A stretch of DNA of 64,000 nt, taken from an uncultured Gammaproteobacteria bacterium (GTDB lineage: Bacteria > Patescibacteriota > Microgenomatia > UBA1406 > HO2-37-13b). Below the pieces are notes generated by a model, which was not told where the DNA came from, made no database searches, and saw nothing but the letters and a program-made list of their open reading frames with translations. The stretch lies in assembly GCA_964612595.1 (NCBI GenBank), contig CAZTFB010000001.1, positions 195,058 to 259,057 of the forward strand, read 5' to 3'. This document shows, piece by piece, positions 49,625 to 60,252 of the stretch. The translations under genes and the position numbers were made by a program. Within the stretch, counting starts at the first letter, position 1, and every line of letters starts with the position of its first letter.

Positions 49625-50512
49625 TTAGGATTTACTTTGTTGATCTTGTATAAACTCAACCACTTCTTTAATGATATTATCCCCAAAACTATCAAAGCTA
49701 TGCTTTGCATTTTCATACACGATAGTTTTTTTTCGAGGTGATCCAATGAGCTTTTCTTCAAATACTTTCATTGCTTTGTAAGGATCCATAACCGGTACCA
49801 TACCATCATCTTGTGTACCTGTAAAAGCTATAACTGGTACTTTGATTGACTTTACTTTTTCCCATCCTAGATTTTCATTATCAAAGTTAAATATAGCAGT
49901 ATTTGTTTTTTCGCCGAAAAAATTAACATACGTATCTGCTGATAATCTATATTCACCCCATAGATCATGAGATAGTATCTGGGAACCTTTACCATCTTTT
50001 AAAAGTAAATGAGCTTCATTTATGCAAATAGCATGATCTTTCTTACCTACGGGATCATTCACCAACCCAATCATATCACTTGGACTCAATAGAATTAAAC
50101 CCTTGACAAATGGATCTGGATTTTGGCTCATATAGTAAACTATTTTTGAAGGTCCGAGGCTATGACCCTGTAGCCAGATATCGGAATATCCGAGTTCTTT
50201 TGCCTTGTTTACCCATGATTGGATATCAAAAATACAATCTTCAAACACTTCGTAGGTATTCCCATAATTTTTTACAGAGCCATCCTTCATAAGCATTTGT
50301 GTAATGCTATGTGTACCTCTGTGTTCACCAGCAAGAAAAGCAATATTGCTGAGCGGGTATTTTGCATGCATCGAGGAATAATAGGAATTTGTATATATAT
50401 CTCCTGCCATTCCATGAATATGGATTATGATAGTTGATGATTTTGTGGTTGGTTCACTCAACAATCCATTAAATATTATATTGTCGGATGTTGCTGTATT
50501 GATGAAGTTCAT
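49625..50512 (-). CDS. alpha/beta-fold hydrolase
   Basis: Nucleophile elbow LQGHSLGP and a C-terminal His context (AKHSF). Confidence 0.75.
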   Translation of the reverse strand: MNFINTATSDNIIFNGLLSEPTTKSSTIIIHIHGMAGDIYTNSYYSSMHAKYPLSNIAFLAGEHRGTHSITQMLMKDGSVKNYGNTYEVFEDCIFDIQSWVNKAKELGYSDIWLQGHSLGPSKIVYYMSQNPDPFVKGLILLSPSDMIGLVNDPVGKKDHAICINEAHLLLKDGKGSQILSHDLWGEYRLSADTYVNFFGEKTNTAIFNFDNENLGWEKVKSIKVPVIAFTGTQDDGMVPVMDPYKAMKVFEEKLIGSPRKKTIVYENAKHSFDSFGDNIIKEVVEFIQDQQSKS

Positions 50513-50539
50513 AATGAGATTATAGCACTTGCAGGGGCA

Positions 50540-51322
50540 TTACAATTCAAATTCCACAATGAGTGGAATATGGTCTGAGACGTTTTCTTCTGAAGAATAT
50601 GCATTAAGGATCTTAATATCTTTACTCGCGAACACAAAATCGACGACTGATGTGCCGAAACTTCCACCTTTATCTGCCTTATGCAGCATGTTAAAACTTG
50701 TTTGAAGTTTACCTTTGAACACATTAGTTAATTTTTCCTCAATACGAGCGATAGCTTTTGTATGTTGATCAATGTTCAAGTCACCTGAAAATAAAAGTGG
50801 GCTTTTCTCCTCAACTGCCTCCAGAATTGCATCCGCCATTATATCTCTCGATTCGCTATCCTTATCATCAAATCCCCATACTCCGTGCGTTGTGCCAATA
50901 AACAATGGTTTCACTGGTGTTGCTATCTCCGCTACCAATGTTCCTTTATGCATCACACTCCAATCATCCATACCCTCCCACTCAAAAATCTTATAGTCGT
51001 GGATATAAGAGTCGTATGCATGCTTTGTAATGGGGAATCTCGATAGAATTGCTATACCGAATTCGACTGGGTGAATATTGTCATAGTGGGTTTTGTCCTT
51101 AAAAGCAGCTTCTGGAACAAATACTGAGTGTAATAAACCTGTTTCTTGCTTTACTTTTTGTAGAAAGTCCAGTGCTGGGTGTGGAGTGTATGGTGATACT
51201 GCATTTGGCATACATACCTCCTGCATTGCAATAAAATCTGGTCTTTGATTAACTAAGAATGGTAAAAGTTGTTCATGAAGTAAGCCACCAAACCAGATAT
51301 TAGTTTGAATGTATTTGTACAT
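50540..51322 (-). CDS. endonuclease/exonuclease/phosphatase (EEP) family protein
   Basis: DFIAMQEV near the N-terminus and SDHIPLIVEF at the C-terminus. Confidence 0.8.
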   Translation of the reverse strand: MYKYIQTNIWFGGLLHEQLLPFLVNQRPDFIAMQEVCMPNAVSPYTPHPALDFLQKVKQETGLLHSVFVPEAAFKDKTHYDNIHPVEFGIAILSRFPITKHAYDSYIHDYKIFEWEGMDDWSVMHKGTLVAEIATPVKPLFIGTTHGVWGFDDKDSESRDIMADAILEAVEEKSPLLFSGDLNIDQHTKAIARIEEKLTNVFKGKLQTSFNMLHKADKGGSFGTSVVDFVFASKDIKILNAYSSEENVSDHIPLIVEFEL

Positions 51323-51324
51323 AG

Positions 51325-52461
51325 TTAACGAGAGCGACGTCGAAGAAATGCTGGGACATCAAACTCATTATCATCATCGGTCTGTTTTACTTCGTCAACA
51401 TCTTCCTCATATAATGAAGGTAATGGTTTATTCTCTTCTTTCTTTGGCTGATCTTCATCCTCATCCCTATCAGAAATTCTGCGGCTTATATGTGGAAATC
51501 GCATATCATTCCCATCAATTCTTGTCGCAATAACAGTGACACGAACTTGATCAACCATATGATCGTTAATAACTGCCCCGAATATAATATCTGCGTCTGG
51601 ATCGACCGTCTGTGCAATTACACTTGCTGCTTCGTCTACCTCTGACATACTTAAATCTGGACCTCCCACGATATTAAAGAGGACACCTTTAGCTCCCTGG
51701 ATAGACGACTCAAGAAGTGGAGATGATATTGCCTGTTTAACGGCGTTTATTGTTCTATTTTCACCACCCGCCATACCAATACCCATAAGCGCTGTGCCAG
51801 CATCTTGCATTATTGAACGTACATCGGCGAAATCAACATTGATAAGTCCAGGAGTCGTAATAAGCTCTGCGATACCCTTTACTCCCTGATGAAGTATGGA
51901 GTTAACTTTTTTAAATGCCTCCAGCACACTTACTTTTGAGTCAATAATTTCAAGAACCTTTTGATTTGGAATCACAATAAGGGTATCCACTTTGTCTCTA
52001 AGACTATCAATACCCTGCGTTGCAGAGACTTTCCTTCTAGCACCTTCAAAACCAAAGGGCCTTGTCACGACAGCAACAGTCAAAGCACCAACTTCTTTAC
52101 TAATTTCAGCAATGACAGGAGCAGCTCCTGTACCTGTACCGCCTCCCTCTCCTGCAGCAATAAAAACCATATCTGCTCCCTCTAGGTGTTCTTTGATTTT
52201 TTCTCGTGATTCTTCTGCAGCTTGTCTTCCAATTTCAGGATCACCTCCAGAACCAAGTCCTTTAGTAAGATTCTCACCAATCTGGATTTTAATATCTGCG
52301 TTATGACTTAGGAGAGCTTGAGAATCTGTATTGAGTGCAATAAACTCTACGCCAATGATATCATCTTCGGCAATCATTGTAGAGAGGGCGTTACCTCCGC
52401 CTCCCCCAACGCCGAGAACTTTAATTTTAGCTGGTTGACCAGCTCGTGGTTTTACTAACAT
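51325..52461 (-). CDS. ftsZ: cell division GTPase FtsZ
   Basis: GVGGGGGNA and the tubulin signature GGGTGTGAAPVIA. Confidence 0.97.
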   Translation of the reverse strand: MLVKPRAGQPAKIKVLGVGGGGGNALSTMIAEDDIIGVEFIALNTDSQALLSHNADIKIQIGENLTKGLGSGGDPEIGRQAAEESREKIKEHLEGADMVFIAAGEGGGTGTGAAPVIAEISKEVGALTVAVVTRPFGFEGARRKVSATQGIDSLRDKVDTLIVIPNQKVLEIIDSKVSVLEAFKKVNSILHQGVKGIAELITTPGLINVDFADVRSIMQDAGTALMGIGMAGGENRTINAVKQAISSPLLESSIQGAKGVLFNIVGGPDLSMSEVDEAASVIAQTVDPDADIIFGAVINDHMVDQVRVTVIATRIDGNDMRFPHISRRISDRDEDEDQPKKEENKPLPSLYEEDVDEVKQTDDDNEFDVPAFLRRRSR

Positions 52462-52476
52462 AGTTCAGATTATCTA

Positions 52477-53745
52477 TCAAGGAATAAACGATTTGAAAAG
52501 ATCACGGACCTTCTTGACCGACCCTTGAACAGATAAGTTCCTGAATATTTTATCAAAATCTTTAAGATTAAGCTGTTGTTCTTCAAAATCCATATCTTTT
52601 CCGTATATCAAGAGCCCAACGACTGCAGCAAACTGTGGATATGTGACCTCGTCTATAAGTCCAGTTATATTCTTTGGATTGGCAGTACGGGCTGGCAAGC
52701 CAACAACACGCTTAGCGGCATCTAATGATCCAACGGTAAGTGCGCCGCCGCCTGCAACAACAAGACCTGAAGGTATGCGAGATATAATCTCATTTTCCTC
52801 AAGTTCTTTGTATATATTCTCAAAAATCTCTTCCATTCGTGGTTTAATTATGCCTTCGACGACGGTCTTGTATGAAATTGATTTTATGTCGTCATTTAAC
52901 TGTAGGCGAGATACATCAATATCATCGCTCTTCTTGTCTTTATCGGGAATGCTTTTCAAACTACTCAGATGGAGCTTTATTTTCTCGGCTGAATCAAGAG
53001 AGATTCGAAGTCCAACGGCAATATCATTGGTTATATGGCGCGCGCCAAATGATAGCGAAGTAGAATGAGAGAGCGCGCCCTCGATATAAACAGCAATATC
53101 AATTTTACCTCCTCCAATATCAACTAGCGCCACACCGAGTTCCTTTTCTGTATCTGAGAGTGCTGACATCGATGAAGCAAGACCAGAGAACACATAACCT
53201 TGAATTTCAATACCAAGATCCGACATACACCGTTCAATATTGCGCAAATTAGTTACACTTGCGGTTACAATATGTGTATTAACTTCGAGCCTGACCCCAC
53301 TCATGCCAAGAGGGTTCTTGATGCCTGCTTGGCCGTCGACAATATATTCTCGAGGAGCAACCTCAATAATCTCGCGCGTTGAAGAAAGTGATATTGCTTT
53401 CGCCGCTTCAATAACTCTTGTTAGATCACTATCTGAGATCTCAACTTCTGGATGCGAAACAGCTACAACACCTTGTGAGTTAAGAGATTGAATATGTGGC
53501 CCTCCTACAGATACATAGGCTTTCTGGACTTTAGAGCCGGCCATACGCTCACACTGCTCAACAGCTTGCTCGATAACAGCAGTAACTTGTTGGATATCAA
53601 CAATCTGTCCTTTTTTAACTCCTTTAGAAGGCACACTTGAAAAACCAAGTACTCGAGGTTGTGGTTCGTCTTCGGAGATTTTAGCAATAATACAGGCTAT
53701 TTTTGAGCTACCTACATCGATACCGCATAAAATTTTATCTGCCAT
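52477..53745 (-). CDS. ftsA: cell division protein FtsA
   Basis: Actin-fold motifs GIDVGSSKI and VDIGGG. Start set to M8. Confidence 0.9.
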   Translation of the reverse strand: MADKILCGIDVGSSKIACIIAKISEDEPQPRVLGFSSVPSKGVKKGQIVDIQQVTAVIEQAVEQCERMAGSKVQKAYVSVGGPHIQSLNSQGVVAVSHPEVEISDSDLTRVIEAAKAISLSSTREIIEVAPREYIVDGQAGIKNPLGMSGVRLEVNTHIVTASVTNLRNIERCMSDLGIEIQGYVFSGLASSMSALSDTEKELGVALVDIGGGKIDIAVYIEGALSHSTSLSFGARHITNDIAVGLRISLDSAEKIKLHLSSLKSIPDKDKKSDDIDVSRLQLNDDIKSISYKTVVEGIIKPRMEEIFENIYKELEENEIISRIPSGLVVAGGGALTVGSLDAAKRVVGLPARTANPKNITGLIDEVTYPQFAAVVGLLIYGKDMDFEEQQLNLKDFDKIFRNLSVQGSVKKVRDLFKSFIP

Positions 53746-53746
53746 A

Positions 53747-54433
53747 TTATTTCTCAAACACAACAATTGGTTTCTCGAACCTAAGATCTAAACGCGAGAA
53801 TGAAAGCGCCTTCGCTCTAAACTGCTCAATAACAACCTTAAGCTGCGCTATCTGCACACGCGCATCCTTTGTTGCCGAAACCAATATCTCACGTTCCTCT
53901 GAAATTAATACTATCATATTCTCATTTCGTATATCAACTGTGCTGATAGGAATATTGAGCTTCTGGACTTCCTCAATTATAAAGACAGCTGTTACAACCT
54001 CACCTATATCAATAATCTCACCCACAGTAAAGTTTCGATAATATAATGGTTGATAGTACTGAACAGGTATATGTAAGTTTTCTTCAAGATCTTTTTGCTT
54101 TGCAATAATCTTGCCTTTTGAAGATAGTTGCATAATGCCATCTTTTAATAAAAGACTCGCTATTGGCGCGGATGGAATAACCGATATCACGATCGATTGA
54201 GGGAAGACTAGCTGCACTGATACTTTTTGAAGTGAAGGATTATTATCAAGAATTTCGCGCTCAATATCCTCCTTTTTTAAAAAGAACATACTTTTATTGC
54301 TGTAAACTTCAGTACCAAACAACTGTTTCGTTCCTTCAACAGTAATTTCTTTAACTCTAAAATAGTATGAGAGACTTATGGGTAAGGCTAAAAGAATAGT
54401 GCCGACTAAGAGGTAAAGAATTATTTTACGCAT
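53747..54433 (-). CDS. ftsQ: FtsQ/DivIB-like protein
   Basis: N-terminal TM segment plus a POTRA-like region, positioned between murG and ftsA. Confidence 0.65.
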   Translation of the reverse strand: MRKIILYLLVGTILLALPISLSYYFRVKEITVEGTKQLFGTEVYSNKSMFFLKKEDIEREILDNNPSLQKVSVQLVFPQSIVISVIPSAPIASLLLKDGIMQLSSKGKIIAKQKDLEENLHIPVQYYQPLYYRNFTVGEIIDIGEVVTAVFIIEEVQKLNIPISTVDIRNENMIVLISEEREILVSATKDARVQIAQLKVVIEQFRAKALSFSRLDLRFEKPIVVFEK

Positions 54434-55527
54434 TCCCCCATTATATCAGCGATCGATTCAGCAGCCGGAAGCATAAATGAGTCGGGAAGTTTTCTGAATG
54501 CGGATATGTGATTATCTCGATGTAAATACACACTTCTAATTTTTCTCAATAGATTATCACTAGGCTCAATTTGATCAAATTCTTCACCAAGGCCGTGTTC
54601 TACAAAAAATCGAGCTTGAAGTCTTTGTTCATTTCTACCCGACCAGGGTAGCGGAACTAAAACTGCAGGCTTTTTAAGCATAACAAGTTCCCAAGTTGTA
54701 TTTGCACCTGAACGTGCTACAACAAGCGCGCTCTTTTTATATGCCCATGCCATTTGATGTGCGTTTAAATTTTTTATTACTACATATTCATTTGAGGCAT
54801 ACTTGCTTAGTCGAGTATAATCATCAAACTCCGATACATTTCCTACTTGATGTACTATGGTGAACTCATCTAATAGCTTTTCAAGAATCTTTTCAATGTG
54901 TACGTTTATAGAATGCGATCCCATACTCCCCCCTGTAATAAAAAGCAGTGGCTTTTCTCCTGAATAAGTCATAAATTGTTCTCCAGGCTTATGAAGAACA
55001 GTTCTTATGGGGTTTCCCGTATGGAATGTTTTGTGCGCTCCGAAATATTGTGTCGTTTCAATGAATGAAACTAAAACTTTATCAGCTATAGTACCAATAA
55101 TTTTATTCGATATTCCTGGCGCAATGGTCTGTTCATGAGTAACGATGGTAATACCAAGGAACCACCCCACAATCGCAACAGGGAGCGCAATATATCCTCC
55201 AAAGGAAAGAATGACCTGCGGCTTAAGTTTGTTAATCAATATCAAGCTCGCAATAAATCCATATACTGTAGCACCGATGTCATATAGAGTATGTATGCCG
55301 AAGTTACGTGAAAGTCTACCTGTGGTGAGGTGATAAAAGGGAATATTAAGAGACGTGATCTCATTATATTCAAAGGAAATATCTTTTTTTGCGCGGTCTG
55401 AATATTTTCGACCAACGAAAGAAATTTTACTGTATCCCCTTTTTTTAAGCTCTTCGATCACCGCATATGCAGGAGTGACATGGCCTCCGGTAATCAATAT
55501 TCGTGTTTTGATATTTACTGCGTTCAT
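54421..55527 (-). CDS. murG: UDP-GlcNAc:lipid I GlcNAc transferase MurG
   Basis: GT-B fold with ILITGGHVTPA N-terminus and ITGGSMGS, in dcw context. Confidence 0.85.
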   Translation of the reverse strand: MNAVNIKTRILITGGHVTPAYAVIEELKKRGYSKISFVGRKYSDRAKKDISFEYNEITSLNIPFYHLTTGRLSRNFGIHTLYDIGATVYGFIASLILINKLKPQVILSFGGYIALPVAIVGWFLGITIVTHEQTIAPGISNKIIGTIADKVLVSFIETTQYFGAHKTFHTGNPIRTVLHKPGEQFMTYSGEKPLLFITGGSMGSHSINVHIEKILEKLLDEFTIVHQVGNVSEFDDYTRLSKYASNEYVVIKNLNAHQMAWAYKKSALVVARSGANTTWELVMLKKPAVLVPLPWSGRNEQRLQARFFVEHGLGEEFDQIEPSDNLLRKIRSVYLHRDNHISAFRKLPDSFMLPAAESIADIMGECVK

Positions 55528-56663
55528 TTTCGTTTAGCTATACTAATTGTAATCCCCATTAGTGAAAACAATATCAACAAACTTGATCCTCCATATGAGA
55601 TGAAGGGCAATGGAACGCCTGTTAAAGGAATTAAGCTTACCATTGCACCAAGATTTATGATCATTTGCCACGCAAGCAAACACCAAATTGATCCTGCCAG
55701 TAATTTTCCAAACCTATCTTTTGCATGAATAGTAACCTTAAACATTAAGTAAAGGAGTGTCATATACAATAAAATCAGAAGGAAGGATCCTACAAAACCA
55801 ATTTCCTCACCGATTATGGCAAAAATGGAATCCGTGTGCGCTTCGGGAAGGTACTGGTATTTTTGACGTGAGCTTGATAAACCTCTGCCAAGCAAGCCGC
55901 CTGAAGCGAGTGAAATAGAGATTTGTCTAATATGGTACCCTATTCCTCCCGGATCAAGTTCAGGATTAAGATATGCAGTTAGGCGTTTGAGTCTATACGG
56001 CGAGGTAAGTACAAGCATAAGGCCAGCAACAAATGCAAAGGGACTAAACATCGCAAGGTGTAAAAGATTTTCACCTGAAAAAAAGTAAATTGATACAAAA
56101 ATAAGAAACACTATCACTGAAGTGCCGAGGTCAGGTTGAATCATGATAAGCCCAATTACAAAACTTAGTAGGAGCAAAAAAGATACAAATCTTTGACGAT
56201 CTTTATGTAAAAACCAGGAAGAAAGATATAGTATGAGTGCAAATTTCGCTAATTCCGATGGTTGAAACCCTATAGGACCGAGGTTTATCCATCGTCTTGC
56301 TCCTCCCACAGTAACACCAACACCAGGTATGAGCACAACTATGAGGAAAAAAATTGCGACAAGTAGCAATGGAAATGCTATGTAATACAGCTTACGATAA
56401 TCCAAAAAACTAAATATGCCCATAACACCTATGCCCAAAACAAACCACATGAGTTGTTGTTTAAAAAAATAAAAACTATCACCAAATCCTCTAAAAGCAT
56501 TTACTGAAGAAGCATCAAATATGAAAAATAAACCTATTGTTGTTAATACAATGGGAATAGTAGCGAGCAGACTAATATCTACTTTATTTTTTACTTGTGC
56601 AGATTCTTTATGTATTCGAGATGTTCTTTTTCGCATACTCACTAATTTCTTGGATGAACGCAT
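55524..56663 (-). CDS. ftsW: SEDS-family protein FtsW
   Basis: PEAHTDSIFA and PFISYGGSS motifs, in dcw context. The start is uncertain because it overlaps the murD 3' end. Confidence 0.85.
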   Translation of the reverse strand: MRSSKKLVSMRKRTSRIHKESAQVKNKVDISLLATIPIVLTTIGLFFIFDASSVNAFRGFGDSFYFFKQQLMWFVLGIGVMGIFSFLDYRKLYYIAFPLLLVAIFFLIVVLIPGVGVTVGGARRWINLGPIGFQPSELAKFALILYLSSWFLHKDRQRFVSFLLLLSFVIGLIMIQPDLGTSVIVFLIFVSIYFFSGENLLHLAMFSPFAFVAGLMLVLTSPYRLKRLTAYLNPELDPGGIGYHIRQISISLASGGLLGRGLSSSRQKYQYLPEAHTDSIFAIIGEEIGFVGSFLLILLYMTLLYLMFKVTIHAKDRFGKLLAGSIWCLLAWQMIINLGAMVSLIPLTGVPLPFISYGGSSLLILFSLMGITISIAKRK

Positions 56664-57843
56664 CTCCTCGTGCAGGAAAATGTTTGTACATTAGATAACT
56701 TGGCGCACCAGGAGACATAAGACATGTTGCGCCAGAAGGAGTATGTACGAATGCAAGTGAAACGGCTTCTTTCATAGAATCTGTGTAAAATATCTTTGGA
56801 TTGTATTCTTCTACTGTTTCCAGAGCATGTGTAATTTTATCTTGAGTATCTGGAAACAGTATGATAGTTTCAACACCAGATTCTTTAAGGCAACGAGCAA
56901 CTTCATCAAAATTAAATCCCCTATCCTGACCTCCGAGTAATACGGTGCGGATATTTTCAGTATTTTTTAATGCATGCACCGAAGCCATAGGATGGTTTGC
57001 ACCGGAGTCATTTATAAATTTAATACCTGAATATGTACCAACCTCTTGCATCCGATGAGGGAGTGCAATGTAACCATCAAGAGTTTCTTGTATGGTCTTT
57101 TTTTCGAGTTCTAATATTTCTGTGAGTGTCACAAGGGCTTTCACTGTATCACCATTTAATGACCGATCGTAGTTAAACTCACCAATACTATCCATAAATG
57201 GAATTTTTTTTGCTTTTGTAGAGGTTAATAATTCATTGAGTTCTGGCAAATTTCGATTGTAAAGGAGAAAATCGTTTTCATCAGCGTGCTGTGCGATCAT
57301 AAATTTTGCTTTTCTATATTCATCAAATGTTTCATGATTATGTAGCTCCTCATATATGTTCAAAATAATTGAAATATGAGGTGAATATGCAATGTCTTCA
57401 AGTTGATAGCTTGAAAGTTCCAAAACAATGTACGTATCATTATCTACATTATTTGTCAGTATATCTAGCATTGCTGAACCTATGTTTCCAGCAAGCGCTG
57501 TCTTCTTACCTGCCCGTTGTAAGAGCTGATGAGTGAGGGTTGCCGTCGTACTCTTCCCTTTAGTTCCCGTAATACCTATCGTTTTGTGGTTCGAGTTTGC
57601 GAAAAAAATGTTTGTTGCGGTCGTATAATTACCTCGCACCTTGTCAAACCGAATGCCCGGTGACTTTATTACTAAATCATACTCAAGCTGTTTTTCAAGG
57701 TAATCCGAATCGATACTTATATCTCCAATACCAACTTCAACATTGGGGCAATATTTATTTAAAAAAGCATGGGTGGATTTTCCTTCAATACCGTATCCAA
57801 GAAGGTATATTTTTTTAAAACTGGAAAGTTCATTTATAGTCAT
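56608..57843 (-). CDS. murD: UDP-MurNAc-L-Ala:Glu ligase MurD
   Basis: Mur ligase P-loop GITGTKGKSTT and an N-terminal Rossmann-like domain, in dcw context. Confidence 0.85.
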   Translation of the reverse strand: MTINELSSFKKIYLLGYGIEGKSTHAFLNKYCPNVEVGIGDISIDSDYLEKQLEYDLVIKSPGIRFDKVRGNYTTATNIFFANSNHKTIGITGTKGKSTTATLTHQLLQRAGKKTALAGNIGSAMLDILTNNVDNDTYIVLELSSYQLEDIAYSPHISIILNIYEELHNHETFDEYRKAKFMIAQHADENDFLLYNRNLPELNELLTSTKAKKIPFMDSIGEFNYDRSLNGDTVKALVTLTEILELEKKTIQETLDGYIALPHRMQEVGTYSGIKFINDSGANHPMASVHALKNTENIRTVLLGGQDRGFNFDEVARCLKESGVETIILFPDTQDKITHALETVEEYNPKIFYTDSMKEAVSLAFVHTPSGATCLMSPGAPSYLMYKHFPARGDAFIQEISEYAKKNISNT

Positions 57844-59222
57844 ATGATAGCTTTGAACTTTTTAGGAATACTGCTTTTATCTCCATCTGTAAATACTTTT
57901 GCCTTCATATCATCGAAATTTTTATTCATTGAAAGAATGTTATCCTTGAATAACTGCATTGCTATACTCCCTTCATACTCGCCTTTATCATAAGCTAGTT
58001 TCATAGCAACCATCATCTCCTCAGGCGTACCCACACATTCGAAAGGCTTTATGCTCTCTAGACCCAGTAATTGTTTAAAGTGCGGAATAAGACTAGCCAT
58101 ATCATATAGGTTATCACCGAAGATCCTGAGCATCTCGTCTTTAGACAGAAATGCAGTTAGCATTGTATATACAAAAACTGTTTTGGGCGAATCATACTCC
58201 CATCTGTGAATTTCTCCTAAAGCATCAAGCTTAAAATTATGATTACTGCTCGAGAAGACATCGAAATAATTTGATAGTTTTGAAAATTTTTCCGTCACCT
58301 TTATCTCATACCATGGTCTGAGCATTGAAAAGTATGTGAGATCTGGTGTTATATAGGTTGTTATATAGTTAGCTAACAGTTTTTCAGCCTCACTAGATTT
58401 GCTCCACTGATGATTTATTACTTCTCCAAGATACGTCACATTTCCATAATCGCTGCTACGCTCACTTGAAATCACGATATAGCGATACTTACCAATAATC
58501 GCCTGTAGCACAGCTGCAAACGTATAGACAGTTGATATTGGAACATGTCCATTATAAACACCGCCCGACACGTTTAAGTCAAGGAGCTTTGGATCAAGTT
58601 TGCGTGATATTGTTAGTATATTTTTATTCATGCGATGAGCAACATCCTTTTGAATATCTTTTGGATTTAAGCAAAAAAGGTCAAAATCAACACCAGCCTC
58701 TCTCACAATTTCTGTCGAAACAATAGAGTCTTTCCCTCCACCATGTAAGACTAAAGCTCTTTCGTCAAAATTCATCCTTGAGGGTTCCGCTAATTCGATA
58801 TTTTCTGCGAACGGAAACTGCAATAGGTCTTGATAGTCGATGTTGTTTTTATAAAAAAACTCACCCAATCCTTTTGTGTAAATTGTGTTCCACATCTCAG
58901 CCTGTCCATAACTCAACGAATAATTATTTATTTGTATCATTGGCGGACAATAGGCTTTATAGTAACTAGCTCCTAATATGAGATGAAGAGCTTGCAGCGA
59001 TGCGTTAAGCACAGAAGGGGGGATATGGGATGTATCAAAAATTGAACCGAGCTGCCAACGCTCCATAAATGGAATACGTTTTGAGCCTTGGACAACTTCA
59101 TAATAAAATTGTAATATACCTGTTTCCCAGTTAGCTTCATATTGAGTGAAAACAAAAATATCTGCCTTTGATGTGTTATGCATATCTATATTATACGGAT
59201 AGAGCTTATTTAAGGAAAGCAA
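57840..59222 (-). CDS. PP-loop ATP pyrophosphatase-fold protein (MurL-like candidate)
   Basis: 460 aa. ALVLHGGGKDSIVS resembles the SGGxDS PP-loop. Translationally coupled to murD (ATGA overlap) and overlaps the mraY 3' end. Confidence 0.45.
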   Translation of the reverse strand: MLSLNKLYPYNIDMHNTSKADIFVFTQYEANWETGILQFYYEVVQGSKRIPFMERWQLGSIFDTSHIPPSVLNASLQALHLILGASYYKAYCPPMIQINNYSLSYGQAEMWNTIYTKGLGEFFYKNNIDYQDLLQFPFAENIELAEPSRMNFDERALVLHGGGKDSIVSTEIVREAGVDFDLFCLNPKDIQKDVAHRMNKNILTISRKLDPKLLDLNVSGGVYNGHVPISTVYTFAAVLQAIIGKYRYIVISSERSSDYGNVTYLGEVINHQWSKSSEAEKLLANYITTYITPDLTYFSMLRPWYEIKVTEKFSKLSNYFDVFSSSNHNFKLDALGEIHRWEYDSPKTVFVYTMLTAFLSKDEMLRIFGDNLYDMASLIPHFKQLLGLESIKPFECVGTPEEMMVAMKLAYDKGEYEGSIAMQLFKDNILSMNKNFDDMKAKVFTDGDKSSIPKKFKAII

Positions 59223-60252
59223 TCATCAATCCAAGCATAGCAAAGAGAATTGCAGCAAGCCAAGCACGCATTACAATTTTTGGCTCCTCCCACCCTTTGT
59301 ATTGCAGCATAAGATGCAGAGGTGCCGCTGGAAATACTTTTTTTCCTCTGTATTTCTTTGAGATTAATTGAATGAAAGAAGTTCCAATTTCGACAACAAA
59401 AATCCCTCCAATAATAGGCAATGCAAATACCTTACCCAACAGGAGCCCGATAACAGCGAATGTAGCTCCAAATGCAAGTGCTCCCGTATCTCCCATAATG
59501 AGTCGAGCGGGATAAACGTTAAAATACAAAAATGCTACAAGACCCCCAATCCACACCGCTATGAAAATAAGCAAAGGTGTATCGAGAATTGAGAGAGAGA
59601 TTGCCCAGAATGCAAAAAGTGCAATCAACAGAACGCCGCCGGCTAACCCGTCAAGACCATCTGTTATGTTGACTGCATTTGAAAACGCAACAATGGTAAA
59701 TGTTGCAAATGGTATGTACCACCACGAGAGATTATAAACACCAAAGTAAGGGATATTTATGATATTAATTTTAAGCTCGGCAAAAATCCAATAGGCAATA
59801 ATTGTAGCTAGAATAATTTCGATGAGTAATTTGTGTTTAAGCCTTAGGCCGAAAAAGGAAGAATTCTCCCATACAAATATTTTTTTTAGGTCGTCATACA
59901 GGCCCAAAAATGAAAATGAGAGAAAAGTAAATAGTAAAATCTTGATTTCAGATACTATAGATTGATAGTTTGAGACAATGTCACTCCCACCCACGACCAT
60001 TAGTAATGTAAACAAGGTAAAACATAAAAGGGTCGTTATGATAATGAGTATTCCTCCACCCACAGGTGTTCCAGCTTTATGTTTGTGAAAAGAATCAAAT
60101 ATAGGGGTTTTCTTATCAAATGCATCTCTCGTTTCTTGCACAGCCCTCTGAAATTTGAGCTTATACAAAAGATTAATGAAAGGAACAAAAAGTAAGCTAT
60201 TTATGAAGAAAGATATGAAAAAACCAAATAAATAGATTGCCATATTAACCAA
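59206..60252 (-). CDS. mraY: phospho-MurNAc-pentapeptide translocase MraY
   Basis: NAVNITDGLDGLA motif and about 10 TM segments. Confidence 0.95.
   Translation of the reverse strand: MVNMAIYLFGFFISFFINSLLFVPFINLLYKLKFQRAVQETRDAFDKKTPIFDSFHKHKAGTPVGGGILIIITTLLCFTLFTLLMVVGGSDIVSNYQSIVSEIKILLFTFLSFSFLGLYDDLKKIFVWENSSFFGLRLKHKLLIEIILATIIAYWIFAELKINIINIPYFGVYNLSWWYIPFATFTIVAFSNAVNITDGLDGLAGGVLLIALFAFWAISLSILDTPLLIFIAVWIGGLVAFLYFNVYPARLIMGDTGALAFGATFAVIGLLLGKVFALPIIGGIFVVEIGTSFIQLISKKYRGKKVFPAAPLHLMLQYKGWEEPKIVMRAWLAAILFAMLGLMIAFLK

Noticed and set aside
49378-49761. 127-aa minus-strand ORF downstream of, and overlapping, the alpha/beta hydrolase gene.
   Set aside because: Its upstream part overlaps the hydrolase 3' end in another frame, and the remainder has no RBS. 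The region instead holds the promoter (TTGACA-17-TCTAAT) of the 87-aa gene.
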